Shown: piece after piece, positions 23,368-36,239 of the stretch
Position numbering within the stretch: the stretch's first letter is position 1
How the letters are laid out: each line of letters starts with the position of its first letter
Source: Mobula birostris
Lineage: Eukaryota
Direction of reading: 5' to 3'
NCBI RefSeq assembly: GCF_030028105.1
Contig: NC_092383.1
Coordinates: 99,161,604 to 99,218,636 of the forward strand
Length of the DNA: 57,033 nucleotides
Program-made: the position numbers and the translations under genes
The notes under the pieces: model-generated
The model's database searches: none
The model's input: the letters and a program-made list of their open reading frames with translations, nothing else
What the model was told of the DNA's origin: nothing

Positions 23368-23564
23368 ATGGAGAGCGGAGCGGGTTTTGGTGGTGCTCGT
23401 ACTGCTGGGCCCGCGTCGGGAGGTCGGCCCCGAGCTCCGGGCACAGGCTCCGGCTCCGGGCCTACTCCCGAGCAGGTGCTGGCCGGCTTCAATCGTCTGC
23501 GACAGGAGCAGCGCAACCTGGTCGGGAAGGGAGCGGAGCTGGAGCAAGAAGTGGTGGAGCACGG
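23368..23564 (+). CDS. PFDN2: Prefoldin subunit 2, coding exon 1
   Basis: MESGAG...PEQVLAGFNRLRQEQRNLVGKGAELEQEVVEH-G; GG|GTGCGT phase-2 donor. Confidence 0.93.
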
Positions 23565-24383
23565 GTGCGTGTGGGCGGGGAGCAGAGGGTGGCTGAGCCA
23601 CATTCGTGCTATCTTGTACAGATCTGGCCATCCAGCAAAGTCACTGAGCTGGAGATGATACACAACAGATGAGCCTGGCTTAGGAGAAGAGACTGGGGCT
23701 CTTTGTTGGAAGGGTAGGAGACCCATGAGACCACGATGGGGACAGATAAAATGGATGCTCCCAGTAACTTTGGCTGGCTAGGGGAGGCCAAACGGTTTAA
23801 GGCGAGAGGGGAAAGATTGGAAGTGGGATTTCCACACCGGCTAGTGGGAATGTGGAATAAACTGGCAGACGAAGTGGTAGTTACAGCATTAAAGTTATTT
23901 GGCCAAATATACAGATAGGGGGATATGATACAGGCAAATGTGTTTTTCTTGGGTATCCATCTTGGTGAGTATGGACCGGATGGGCCAAAGGGTCTGTTTG
24001 CTGAGTGATTGACTTTAGGATTGGTGGGAGCGGAGATGGCAGAATGATCGGGGGTTTGTGTGTACTGGGGGAGGATATGGGGTGTCAGGTGTGTGTAGAG
24101 GGAGGGGTTTTATTTGAGGGGAATGGGGAGAGTGGGCATTAGAATCAGAGTGATTATCTCTTACGTATGTTGGGAAAATTATTGTGTGGTGCAAGACATC
24201 AAAAATTAATGTATCACAAAAGTAGTGCAAGAGTAGAACAGTGTGTTTGTATAAAGTTTAGAAATCTGACCACAAAGGGAAGAAGCTTCTTTTAAAACAA
24301 AGATGGGGGGAGGGGTTGAGTAGCTCATTTAAATGGTGACGGCAAGCAATCTCTCACTCCCTCCTCCTCTCTTCCCCACCCAG

Positions 24384-24507
24384 ACTTGTCATTGAAACTC
24401 TGGCAGAGGTGGATCCCAGCCGCAAGTGTTACCGTATGGTGGGGGGTGTGCTGGTGGAACGGACAGTGAAGGAGGTTCTCCCAGCCCTGGAGAACAACCG
24501 GCAGCAG
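24384..24507 (+). CDS. PFDN2: Prefoldin subunit 2, coding exon 2
   Basis: LVIETLAEVDPSRKCYRMVGGVLVERTVKEVLPALENNRQQ; 124 nt; polypyrimidine-cag acceptor, CAG|GTGAGG donor (not in the ORF track). Confidence 0.97.
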
Positions 24508-25234
24508 GTGAGGTGGTTGGGCACGTCCAGAGATGTACCGGGTAGGGTTAATTGGCCATTGTAAATTTTCCAGGATTAAGTTATGGTTAATTGGGGTTGC
24601 TGAGGCTCAAAGGGGCAACTCCACACTGTATTGCTAAATTAAATGAATGTAATGCCTTGTCTCAGATGAGCAATCTATGTTTGTAACCCACTATGTCGCT
24701 GTCCTGATCCTTTAGGGATCTGTGACTGCACCTTTTCACATCACCTCACATCCCTCTGCCTGTACTCCTCCTCCACCCAGTTCATTCATGTCCCACAGCA
24801 AACCACTTCACGCAGACCTCTAAACCATCCCTGTCTACAACGCAGTGAGGGATGGAGCACTGGCCCTGTGGATCAGATGGGTAACAGCTCCAGTCATACA
24901 AGCACCCATTCCCCATTCCCCCTCGCTTCCTCCCATGGGCTCTTGCTGTGTGCACTGACCGGTTCTGTTAGCAGGCTTACAGGTGAGTTGGAGGGGAAAC
25001 TGGCTCTGCATTGTCACCCCTCTATTTACTTGTTCTCAGCAAACAACATTCTCTAATTTTTCTTGTAAACAGTTGTGTGGACCAACCCTTGCTCTGACCA
25101 GGAAATTTTTACACAACCTGAAAACTGCACAAAATTTAAAATTTTTTTTTGTAATATTCATACTACCAATATTTAGAATGAGAATTGAAAACTTGCATAA
25201 TTGTATTTAATTTGAAGGGTATGATGAAATGGGT

Positions 25235-25530
25235 GGCGGAGTAGAAATGCACCTCTGCCAACAGCACTCCTTCCCTCTGCTAGGCTGCAGGTCACCCTTG
25301 GTCACGTGAAGCCTTGCGTACATCACAAGTCCTGGTTATGTGACCAGTGACGCCAGGCAGATAATCTCTGAAGAGTATTGATAATGGCTGGGGTCACCCA
25401 TCTTGTAAAGACACTGCCCAGAAGAAGGCAACGGCAAACCACTTCTGTGGGGAAAATTTGCCAAGAACAATCATGGTCATGGAACAACAATGATCAGTGG
25501 CGCTATACGACATGGCACATCAAACATATA
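25235..25530 (+). mobile_element. RTE-related SINE or short element in PFDN2 intron 2
   Basis: GAAGAAGGCAACGGCAAACCACT motif resembles BovB/RTE 3' ends. Confidence 0.55.
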
Positions 25531-26285
25531 ATGATGAAATGCAGTACAACGAAAAACTTCTTGTTTTGTGAACTTGTTCTTGTCTATCTTTGTTCCAGTT
25601 GTAGGGCAATAAAGGCTAAGTGCGGGAGCTTTTCAGCTGCTGCATGCCTGCGCAGCTTGCATGCGACAGTGCCAGCAACTCCACCTTGTGACATCAGTCA
25701 ATCTGGCTGCAGGGCCCTTTGGCTAAGCCGCTGATTGCCCTGTGCCCAGTGGCACCACAGTGGTCTTAAAGTGAATTGTGCATCTTGACGGTACGGTGCA
25801 GCAGCTAATCCTGTTGCCCCCAATTCCAGAGTCCTGGCTTCCGTGCTGATCTCTGGTGGAGTTTGCACGTTCCCCCTGTGGCTTCTGCCGAGATGCTCAG
25901 GATTTCCTCCCACATCGCAAAGGTTTCTGTCAGTGGCTGCTGTATATTGTCCCCTAGTGTACGGGTGAGGTGTCAAATCTGGGGGAATTTGAGAGGAATT
26001 GCATTGGTAAAAGATCCGTGTAAGTGGGTGATTGATAGCATAGACTCTGGGCTGAAGGGCCTGTTTGAGGTGTGTCTCTGCGGTTCTCCACCCATGTAAA
26101 ATGTTAACCCAGTCCTCTGAGCAGTGGCCTTGCACCAGAGCAGGAAACCCAAGTGGTCTCGGTCACCATCTCCCTCTGTGCTCACTTGGGTGTGGTTCCC
26201 CTGCTAGATCGGTGTCCTGGATCACTGGGGATTTGGGATGTCATTGTGTTGTGGACTGTGTTAACGCTACTCTCCCCTCCTGCAG

Positions 26286-26453
26286 CTGGTGAAGCTGATC
26301 GAATCGCTGAACGCCCAGATTCAGAGCAAGGGCCGAGAGCTGACAGAGTACCGGGAGAAGTACAACATCCGGCTGATGAACGAGGAGGAGAAGTCAGCTC
26401 GTGACAGTGACTCCAGCAGCAGGACTGGGGGCACCGGAGTCTTGGTTTCCTAG
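26286..26453 (+). CDS. PFDN2: Prefoldin subunit 2, coding exon 3 (last)
   Basis: LVKLIESLNAQIQSKGRELTEYREKYNIRLMNEEEK...GTGVLVS*; conserved GVLVS C-terminus; ctgcag acceptor. Confidence 0.97.
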   Translation: MVKLIESLNAQIQSKGRELTEYREKYNIRLMNEEEKSARDSDSSSRTGGTGVLVS

Positions 26454-26638
26454 CCCGGTCCCAGCCGGGCTGCTCAATCCCCGTTTTGTCTCAGCCCCAG
26501 CTGCTGCCCGACTGGGAAGGCATTGTGCTGTCACCCTTGGACACGGTTCGTGTAGTGGGTTATCCCCGGGAGCCAGTTATTTTGGTCCTGGGTCCTGAAT
26601 TAGACCTTTGTGTAACGTTTGTGACTGCTAATGTGATT

Positions 26639-26644
26639 ATTAAA
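26639..26644 (+). terminator. PFDN2 polyadenylation signal ATTAAA
   Basis: Variant hexamer about 185 nt after the stop codon. Confidence 0.6.
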
Positions 26645-27949
26645 CTGTATGGTTGTAAACAGGGGCTTCTGAGATTTCTCCCTCCTCCCACGACCCCCCA
26701 CGCTCATTGCCCCACCACAACTGGCCTGGAGCTGCTTTGTGACAGGCTGGGGAGGGGCTGAGGCATCTCTTGTCCCTGTCCAGCAGGGCTGAATGGGCCA
26801 GTGGACCCTGGCTGCTGCGCTGACGGACAGACAGTGGTGATCACACTCACCGCTGCTCTGGGTAGGGTCTGGGGTAAAATGTTGCAGTCAGTAAGTTGGA
26901 CACTTGCCAGTTCATCACTTGTGTGATGGGGGAGCAGCGGCCAAGTCTTTCCCCACCCTGGCTGAGTACGTAGCTCTGGAATGGAGGGGTCCATGTGTAC
27001 TCAGAGGCTTCAAGATCCCAGCCTCTCAGCTTGAGGGCCATGCCCAACTGACAGGAGCAAGGAGTGAATTGCAGAGGGAGCATGGGTGACCCCGGTGTAC
27101 GATGTGAGGGGGCGGGGGGGGGTGTTGCAACAGGGTTTATTGGTGGGTTAAATAGAATGAAAGGTGGGGAGATTGGGCTTCCGTCACCCTGGGCATTAAC
27201 CCGCATCTGGTGGTCAGTGTCTGTTGGAGAGGCCCTGACTGAGAGATCCAAGAGACACGGGGAAACATGTTTTGAGTTCTTTACCTTGGTTACTTCTGTA
27301 GAAGGAATAGGTGGATTTGTGATGGGTGAGGGAGAGACGTGGCAATGGTGTTCAGATGGATTTGTGAGTTCAGGTGTCCCAGCCACTGATGGCAGAGTAA
27401 TGGAGAAGAAAGAGGAATTGGAGGATGTTGAGATCCTGTTGTGTGTTTATGGAGCTGCCGGTAAACTTTAACAGAACAGAAGAGGGAGAGTCATCTCTGC
27501 ATTGCTTCTGGTGCCAGGAGCTCATCGGGCAGGTCGGGTGAATCTGTGGCTGCAGGAGGATAGGTTTTGGGTCTCCAGATCGCGGGAACCGTTTCGGGAG
27601 AAAGTGAGTTCAGTACAAATGGGATAGTTTGCAGCTTAGCCACAGTGAGATCAGCGTTTTTACTGGGAGAGTTACCAGTGCTGGGGAAAGATTAAAATAA
27701 GGTGGAAGCAGTTTGCTAAATTACAGCTATTTAGCTACCTGTCCCTTTGCAAGGAGTCGAGGGGTGCAAGTGAACCCAGAACTTTAATTATGATGTGGGA
27801 CTTGCTTTGTGACATAGCTGAAAGAGTGGCATTATTCCAGCGTGTAAAAGTTTTGACTGGGGTAGAAGCAATGTGAAAGACAAGGTCCCACATGGCAGGT
27901 TCAGACAAAACGAGAAGTTGCGGTCTCTTGAAATTGCAGTGGAGGTAGT

Positions 27950-29040
27950 AAATTAGATTTCCACGTTGACCTCGCATGAGAAGCCAGCGAAGAGTGGTCG
28001 ATGGTTGCCTCTGACTCGTGGTGTGCTGCAGGATCCATCGTTTGTCATCTGTATCAATGATGTGGGTGATAATGTGGTAAACTGGGTCAGTAAATTAGCA
28101 GGTGACCAGAATTGGCGTAGTGAAATGCAAGGAAGATTATCAAAGCTTGCAGCATGATCTGGACCAGCTGGAAAAATGACTTGGAATTTAATGCAGACAA
28201 ATGTGAGGTGTTGCACTTGGGGTTGATAAACCACGTTAAAACTTGCATAGTAAATGGGTACTGAGGAGTATAGCAGAACAGGAATCTAGGTGTACAGATC
28301 CATAATTCCTTGAAAGTGTTACAGGTGAATGGTTGTAGAGCTTTTGGCACATTGGCCTTCATAAATCAATATATTATTGACGTACAGCACAGAACAGGTT
28401 CCAGCCCTTCGAGCTGCGCCGCCCAGCAGTCACCCAGTTTAATCCTAGCCTAATCATGGGACTATTTACAGTGACCAATTAACCTACCAACTGGTACGTC
28501 TTTGTGAGTAAACCCACATAGTCACGGGGAGATATAAACTCCTTACAGTAGTCGTACAAGATGCTGGTGAGGCTGAATTTGGAGAATTATGTGCAGTTCT
28601 GGTTACCAATCTACAAGAAAGATATCAATAGGATCTGAAAGTGCAGAGAAAATCTACAAGGATGCTATTGGGATTTGACCTGAGATGTAGGGAAAGATTG
28701 AGTAAGTTGGGACTTTATTCCCTGGACCATAGGAGAATAAGGGGAGATTAGATAGAGATATAAAATTAGATAGCAGTCTTTTTCCACTGTTTAGGTGAAA
28801 CTAGAAGTCATGGGTTAAGCATGAAAGGTGAAATATTTAAGGGGATCCTGAGGAAGAACTTGACTCGGTGCTGTGAGAATGGAACAAGTGGAGGACGCAG
28901 GTTCAATTTCAACAGTTGAGAGAAGTTTGGGTGAGTACGTGGATGGCAGGGGCATGGAGGATTCTGGTCCCGGTGGGGGCAGATGGGACTAGTTTGACAT
29001 GGACTGAAGGATCTGCTCCTGTGCAGTATTGCTCTGTGAT
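27950..29040 (+). mobile_element. Decayed CR1 LINE RT and 3' region with a nested SINE (~28380-28550)
   Basis: FVICINDVGDNVVNWVSKLAGD; YVQFW-like segment; CR1 3' UTR. Confidence 0.75.
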
Positions 29041-29219
29041 TCCCGACCCTCAATCCACGGACCTGTTGCTTAACGGTATTCGTCCATGACATTTAAAAGC
29101 AATGCCTGGGAACTCCTACTCTAAAAGGAGGGGGCGTTGAGTTGCTAGTCAGGTCAGCCCCGTGCACCTGCATTACTTCTGTGTTCAGGATATCCTGAAA
29201 CAAATTAAACATGGTCACC

Positions 29220-29380
29220 TTGTCATTGAGTGCTTTGTCAACTTGTTGTGAGTCTATACGGAAGTCAGGCCTTTCTTCCACACAGATACTGCTGCTGCCT
29301 GAGCTGGGAGCTGGCCGGATTCGAACCCAGGACCATCTGCTGAAAATCCAGCGCTGGTGCCACTGCACCACCTATGGCCT
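29220..29380 (-). mobile_element. tRNA-derived SINE head with Pol III A and B boxes
   Basis: A box TGGTGCAGTGG (29370-29360); perfect B box GGTTCGAATCC (29327-29317). Confidence 0.7.
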
Positions 29381-29559
29381 ATGGTCACCTTACGAGGGTT
29401 GTGTTACAGACTCCAAACAATCAGCAGAGGAAACAGCTGTGCTTTCAGTTAAAAACGTGCAATTATTGAATCAGAATTGCAATCAAGTTTAATACTGCTG
29501 GCAACATGTCATGAAATCAGTTTTGTGGCCGCAATACATTTTAAAACTATCGATTACAA

Positions 29560-32240
29560 GAAGTATATAAGGCAGGAGCAGAATTGGGTCGTTCAGCCAT
29601 GGAGTCTGCTCCACCATTCCATCATGGTTGATCCTGGATCCCATTCAACCCCATACACCTGCCTTCTCCCAATATCCTTTGCCCTGACCAATGCTTTCAA
29701 TATACCCACGGACTTGGCCTCCACTGCAATCTGTGGCAAAGCATTCCACAGATTTCACCACTTTCTGGCTGGGGGAAAAAATCCTTTCCTCTGTTCTAAA
29801 GGGTTGCCCCTCAATTTTTGAGGCTCTGCCTTCTGGATACCCCTGCCAGAGGAAACATAGTGGATGTGGAGAGGATATCTATTCAATTTAGCATTCCATA
29901 GGTTTTAATGGGATCCACATGCATTCTAAATTCCAGTGAGTACGGGCCCAAAACTGCCAAAGCCTCCTCATGTTAACCCCTTCATTCCTGGAATCATCGT
30001 CGTGAACCTACTCTGGACAATCCCAACGATAAAACTTTGTTTCTGAGATAAGGGGCCCAAAACTGTTTATAATACTCCCAAGTGTGGCCAGGCTAGTGTC
30101 TTAAAGCTTCAGCGTTATCGCCTTGCTTTTATATTCTGTTTCCCTTGAAATGAATGCCAACATGCATTTGTCTTTTTTTTACCACAGGCTCAACCTGTAA
30201 ACTTGGAAGTCTTGCACGACTCCCTCTGCACCGCTGATGTTTGAATTTGTTCCCCATTTAGATAATAGTTCACACTATTCCTTTTTACCAAAATGCATTT
30301 TCATACATTTCCCAACACTATTACATCTGCCACTTTATTGCACATTTTTAGTGCTTCGTTATGCACTACCTACCCCTCCACCTAGCTCCGTATCATTTGC
30401 AAATTTTGCCACAAAGCCATCAATTCCACTATCTAAATCATTGGCAAACAATGTGAAAAGTTGCAGTCCCAATACCTGAGGAACACAGAGTCACTGGCAG
30501 CCATCCAGAAAAGGCCCCCTTTATTCCCACTTGCTGCTTCCTGCCTGTCAGCCATTCCTCTACCCATGGCAGTATCTTTCCTGTAATGCCATAGGATTTT
30601 ACCTTGTTAACAAGTCTTGTGTGGCACCTTACAAATGCCTTCTGAAAATCCAAATCAATGACACCCACTGCTTCCCCTTTGTCTACCCTGCTAGTTACTT
30701 CCTTAAAGAACTCGAACAGATTTGTCAGATTTCCCTTTACAGAAACCATGCTGACTTTGACTTGTGTCTCCAAATACCCCAAAACTTCATCCTTAATAAT
30801 AGACTCCAACACTTTCCCAACCACTGAGGTTAGGCTAACTGGCCTATAATTATCTTTCTTTTGCCTTCCTCCCTTCTTAAAGAGCGGAGTGACATTTGCA
30901 ATCTTCCAGTCCTTTCGGTCCATGCCAGAATCAAGTGATTCTTGAAAGATCATGACCACTGCATCTGTTATCTCTCTCAGGACTCTGGGATGTAGTCTAT
31001 CTGGTCCAGGTGACTTATCCACCTTAAGCCTTTGAGTTTGCCTAGCACTTTTTCCTTTGTAATGGCAATGGCACTGTTAGTCCCTGACACTCTGGCACAC
31101 TGCCAGTGTCTTTCACAGTGAAGACTGATGCAAAGTGCCCTTTAAGTTCATCTGCCATTTCTTGGTCCCCATTACTACCTCACTAGCATATTTTTCCAGA
31201 GGTCCAGTATCAACTCTCACCTCCCTTTATATATAACTGAAAAAGCTTTTGGTATCCTGCTTTATATTATTGGCTAGTTTGTCCTCATGTTTCATCTTTT
31301 CCATTGTACCTTTTTTAGTTACCTTTTGTTGGAATATAAAGCTTCCCAATCATACAACTTCCCATTCACTTTTGCTACCTTGTATGCCCTTTCCTTGGCT
31401 TTTATGCAGTCCTTAAACTCCCTTGTCAGCCATGGTTGCCTACCCCTGCCACTTTGAACCTTCTTCCTCTGTGGGACGTATTTATTCTGCACCTTTTGGA
31501 CTATTTTCAGAAACTTCAGCCATCTCTACTCTGCAGTCATCCTCGCCAGTACCCTCCTCCAATCCACCTGGACAAGTTCTTCTCTCGTGCCTCTGAATTC
31601 CCTTTATTCCATTGTGATACTGATACATGTGACTTATGCTTCTCCCTCTGAAATTGCAGTATAAATTCAATCATCTTATGATCACTGCCTCCTAAGGGTT
31701 CCTTTACTTTAAGCTTTCAGGATTATTGCACAACACCCAATCTACAATAGCCTTTTCCTGAGTAGGCTCAAGCACAAGCTGCTCTAAAAAACCATCTTGT
31801 AGGCACTTAAAAATGGCTTTTGCGATCTGACACCAACCTGATTTTCCCAATCCCCTTGCATTTTGAAGTCCTGCATTACAATTGTGACATTACCCTTGTT
31901 ACATGCCGTTTCCAGCTCCCTTTGCAATCTCAATGTCACATGTTGGCTGCTATTTGAAGGCCGATATACGATTTCCATAATTTTTTTTCATCCTTGCAAT
32001 TACTTCACTTCATCCACAAAGATTAACATTCTCTGACCCTATTGTTACCTCCTAAAAATTTAATTCCATCTCTTACCAACAGAGCCGCACCATCGCCTTT
32101 GCTTTCTTGCCTGTCCTTTCAGTACAAAGTATCCTTTGATAAGCTCGCAATTAAGGCCTTTCAGCCACAGCTCAGTAATGCCCACAATGTCATACTGCCC
32201 AATCTCTAATTGCACCATGAGTTTGTCCACTTTACTCCAA
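29560..32240 (-). mobile_element. CR1 LINE ORF2 (endonuclease plus RT), decayed
   Basis: DKSPGPDRLHPRVL, DWKIANVTPLFKKGGRQKKDNYRPVSLTSVVGK, DLDFQKAF; VYRPSNSS. Confidence 0.9.
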
Positions 32241-32949
32241 ATGTTATGCGCATTTAAATAAAGTACCTTCAGTCCTGTATTCTTTGTCCTTTTGAATTTT
32301 GTCTCTGGAACTATTTAACTCTTTGCTTTGTCTGCATTTGTACCCAATCATTGGCTTGTCTTTCCTTACAGTCATGTTACACCCATCATCTACTTGTAAA
32401 CCTGCTTGATCATCATCAGTTCTATCACAATGGTTCCCATAAGAAATATAAATCTTGTACTGGTTTGCATATAGACAAACAAATTTGATAAGTAGTAAAA
32501 ATATTGAAGTAGAGTACATGCGTTCATTATTTCACTTCCCCAAGTATTACCTGGGAGTCTTTGGACTGTGGGACTGAGTGTTCAAGACCCAGAGCCAGCT
32601 CTTTGAGATTGGATGTAGATAGACGGACAAGGGAGTGTTCAAGACCCAGAGACAGCTCTGTGAGATCGGATGTAGGTGGACAGACAAGGGAAGTGCATCA
32701 CTACACCTTGTCTTGGGCAATGTAGCTGGTCGGATGGAAGCAGTGATTCGCACTCTTCGTCTACTCCTAAGCACCAATTGGAAGTAATGGCCATAACTTT
32801 GTATATCTATGTGGTTTTTGAATAGAACAGGTGACATAGAATAAAGTGCTTAAACTGGGGGAAGCCTGATTTTCTCAAAATGATAGGACCGGAGAATAGT
32901 AGACTGGAAGCACCGACTTTTAGGTAAGGTGACATTACGCAGTGGGAAG

Positions 32950-34680
32950 CATTCAGAGTAAAAGCAGCAAGTTGAGGGCTGATGCAATCCTGTAAGGATA
33001 ACAAGTGCAGAACCTGGATCTAGAGTGATTTGGAGGGTTGGATAAAGAGGAAAAAGGAACCATGTGGGAGGTGTAGGGAACTAATGACAGGAGGAGACAA
33101 AATGTAGGGAGAGACTTGCAAAGGAAGTCAGGGAGGCAAAAAGAAATCAGAGGGTTGGCAGGTCTGAAGATGGAAGTATATTAAGGACAAAAGAATGCCC
33201 AGGAACAGAGCAAGTTCCATTAGGGACAATCTGTATGAAACCAGAAAGTGTAGGTGAGGGATTAAATGAATACTTTGGGCATTCACAAGGGGAACTGCTA
33301 AACTCGCTGAGAGGAAGATGAAAGTGTTCAGTTCTAAGCAAAGAGACGTGATGTCTGGGTGTGATTGTTTATTGAGATACAGATGTCTGGGTGGGATTGT
33401 TTATTGAGATACGGTGTGGAACTGGCCCTTTGAGCCTTGCCACCCAGCATCTCCTGATTTAACCCTAGCCTAATCACAGGACGATTTACAATGACAAATT
33501 AACCTATCAATCACTACATGTTTGGACTGTGGAGGGAAACCAGAGCACCCGGAGGAAATCCCACACGTTCCATGGGGAGAATGAACATACCCTATCCCAA
33601 GCTGCTGTGGAAGGTGAAAGAGATGGCTGGAGTCACGCAGATTTTGAAACCTTCCCGGAACGCCAGTGTGCTGCCAGATGGATAACTGGAGGATGATAAA
33701 TGTGCCCCCAATTCCTGTTCAAAGAGGGGAGTAGGGAACATACAGTGGGCCAAACATCTGAGACACAGGATCCATTTACAGTTGGAAAGGCACAGATTGA
33801 TATGGGATACGCAGCATAGCTCTGTTTGTGGAAAATCGTGGCTTACTAATTTGAATGAATCTATCTGAGGTAATGAAGTATATTGTTGATGTCTGTAAGA
33901 TCAGTAAAGCCTTTGACAAGGTCCTGAAGGGGAGACTGGACCATTAGATTAGAGCCCATGGGATTCAGGTCAAATGGGAAATGGAATTGTTAATGAGATG
34001 GTGGAGGGTGATTTGTGTTCTACAGGGATAGGTGCTGGGACCCATGCAGTTTGTAGTTCATGTCAATGACTCGAATGTAGATGTTGGAGGTTTGATGTGT
34101 AGGACAGAGACCATGAATGACAAGGTTGTATGGAGTATTGACAAACAGGGACCTTGCTGTGCAAGATAAAAGATCCCTGAAGGTGACAGCACGGGCAGGC
34201 AATGTCATTAAGCAGGCATGAGGGGTACTGATCGTGATTATTATGGCACGGAGTACAAGAGTAAAGAAGTTGTTTCAATTTCTAAAAACCTTGCTTAGTC
34301 CTCAGCTGGACTACTGCGTGCAGTTCTGGTCTGCAGGCCACAGGAAGGATGTGATCATCACTGAACAGTGCAGAGGGGAATTCACCAAGATGTTGCCTGG
34401 GACATTGGATTTCACTTCTGAGGAGAGGCTGGGTCTGTTCCCCCAGGAATGGAGGAAGTCAGGAGGGGTAAGACTGGGATATTTAAAATGAGACAGAACA
34501 GACTGCAGGAATTTTCCCCGTACCCTGAGGTAGATGAAATTTAAGGACACAGATCAGGGTGAGGAGGAAGCGGGGTAGGTACCTTTGTCACTCAGAGAGT
34601 GACGACTACCTGTGACACACAGCCGGACAGAGTCACTGACAGTTTAATGGCCTGTTTCCCTCCTGTCTGACTCTGTGACC
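32950..34680 (+). mobile_element. Old, fragmented CR1 LINE
   Basis: KTLLSPQLDYCVQFWS..HRKDVI..FTKMLPG; SKAFDKV segment near 33905. Confidence 0.65.
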
Positions 34681-35215
34681 CTCCTGCTCAGCCCAATGAG
34701 AAACACTGAGTGCTTGGCTGTTCGTGTGGATTGGGTTGCCTGTCTGGCTCAGTGCCGACATGAAGCAAGCTTCAACTTGCAGGAGGGGTGGGGTTTGGGG
34801 AGAGGCGTACAGAACAAAAGGGGAAGGTGTGGTGTGAGCAGGATTAAATATCAGAGGGCGGACTGACAGAGTTTTGACACCCTGCAGGGTTGGTAAAACT
34901 GGGATACACAAATTCGGGGTATGGGAGGAGGGATTCAGAGGGACATGTTTATCACCTGTATGAAGAAGTAGAAGTGTGGGGAGTACTTGGAACACAGCTG
35001 GAGAGAGTGGGAGAACTGGACCACTGACATTTAACCATCGTCCAGATGAGCACAAAGTCCCCTTGACAAGTGCTGGCGATGGGAGCAATACAGACGGTTA
35101 GCCGCTGGTCAGTGTGCACTTGATAGACTGGATGGCCTGATTCCATGTGTATAAACATAGGATAAATGAGCCCAGAACACAATAAGCATTCCACGTGAGT
35201 GGGGCAGACAGCATC

Positions 35216-35221
35216 TTTATT
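35216..35221 (-). terminator. KLHDC9 polyadenylation signal AATAAA
   Basis: TTTATT on plus, 27 nt after the stop codon. Confidence 0.65.
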
Positions 35222-35248
35222 TGAACCAAAGGGTTCCCACAGCCAGAG

Positions 35249-35415
35249 TCAGCAGTGGAGGTCCAGGGTGTAAATATCAGGGGGACAGTGCTTGCCGCCT
35301 GGTCCCAGACCTCCGATCACACACAGCTGCTCTCCGAGCACTACCATCCGATGTCCAACTCTCTTCAGCTCTACGTCAGAGGCGGGGAACCGGAACCACT
35401 GCCCGGCACAAGATC
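35249..35415 (-). CDS. KLHDC9: Kelch domain-containing protein 9, coding exon 5 (last)
   Basis: R-SCAGQWFRFPASDVELKRVGHRMVVLGEQLCVIGGLGPGGKHCPPDIYTLDLHC*; tttcctcag acceptor; phase consistent. Confidence 0.93.
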
Positions 35416-35581
35416 CTGAGGAAACAAGAGATTGGGATCAAATACTCACTGTGATCCCTGGCCTATCACACACTTCCAGCGCACGAGTCAGAGTGAAACT
35501 CTCTACACTGTCCCATCACACACTCCCAGGGCACGGGTTAGACATGCGGTGAAGCTCCCTGTCACGATATCTGACACTCAC

Positions 35582-35780
35582 GTGTGTCGTAGATGTAGAG
35601 GTCGCTGCAGATTGTGTCAATGGCCTTGTTGAATGACTCACCCCCATGCAACAGGGTGAAGGGTCCCACCTGCACCGTGGAGTGGTGTCGGCGAGGTGTT
35701 GGGCTGCCAGGAGTCACCACCTCGTCAGCGATGAGGGAGCTCAACTTCCCAACCAAGCCTTGGGGAGAGGGTTGCTGGGA
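35582..35780 (-). CDS. KLHDC9: KLHDC9 coding exon 4
   Basis: SQQPSPQGLVGKLSSLIA...RHHSTVQVGPFTLLHGGESFNKAIDTICSDLYIYDT; 199 nt; cccacag acceptor, C|GTGAGT donor. Confidence 0.94.
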
Positions 35781-36239
35781 CTGTGGGGCATCAGAGAGGT
35801 GGTTAGTATCAATGGGACTATCCTGTCATCCACCCTCCCGAGAGCCGCACTCTCCCTTCTTTCCTTCCCGTCTCCTCTCTCCCTCCTACTCTTTTGCACA
35901 CTTCCATCACGGCTTTCCACTTCCATTCTAAGGATTGTTTATTTCCCACATTCCCTGTCTCCTCACAGAACTCTGTCCTCTCCATTCTGCCATTCCATCC
36001 AATCCAGCAGGCTCCTTACTCCCACTGCTTATCCCTGCTGACCCTTCCAGGGTAATTCCCCCCACCACCACCACCATCTTCACACCTTCTTCCCAATCAC
36101 TCTTCCCTACCCCTCCTCATCCCCTTCCCCACCCCTCCTCATCCCCTTCCCCCTCTACTCACTGACCACAACGCCCTCCATCCTTCCTCCTCAACATCAC
36201 TGAGCAAGATCCCCTCCTTCCCAACTCTGATCTTCCTGA

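Noticed and set aside
29300-29380. Functional tRNA gene
   Set aside because: A and B boxes are present, but I could not fold a convincing acceptor or anticodon stem and saw no nearby oligo-T terminator; best read as a SINE head (tRNAscan-SE would settle it)
32575-32690. ~57-bp direct duplication
   Set aside because: Two-copy local duplication in intergenic repeat debris with no functional signal
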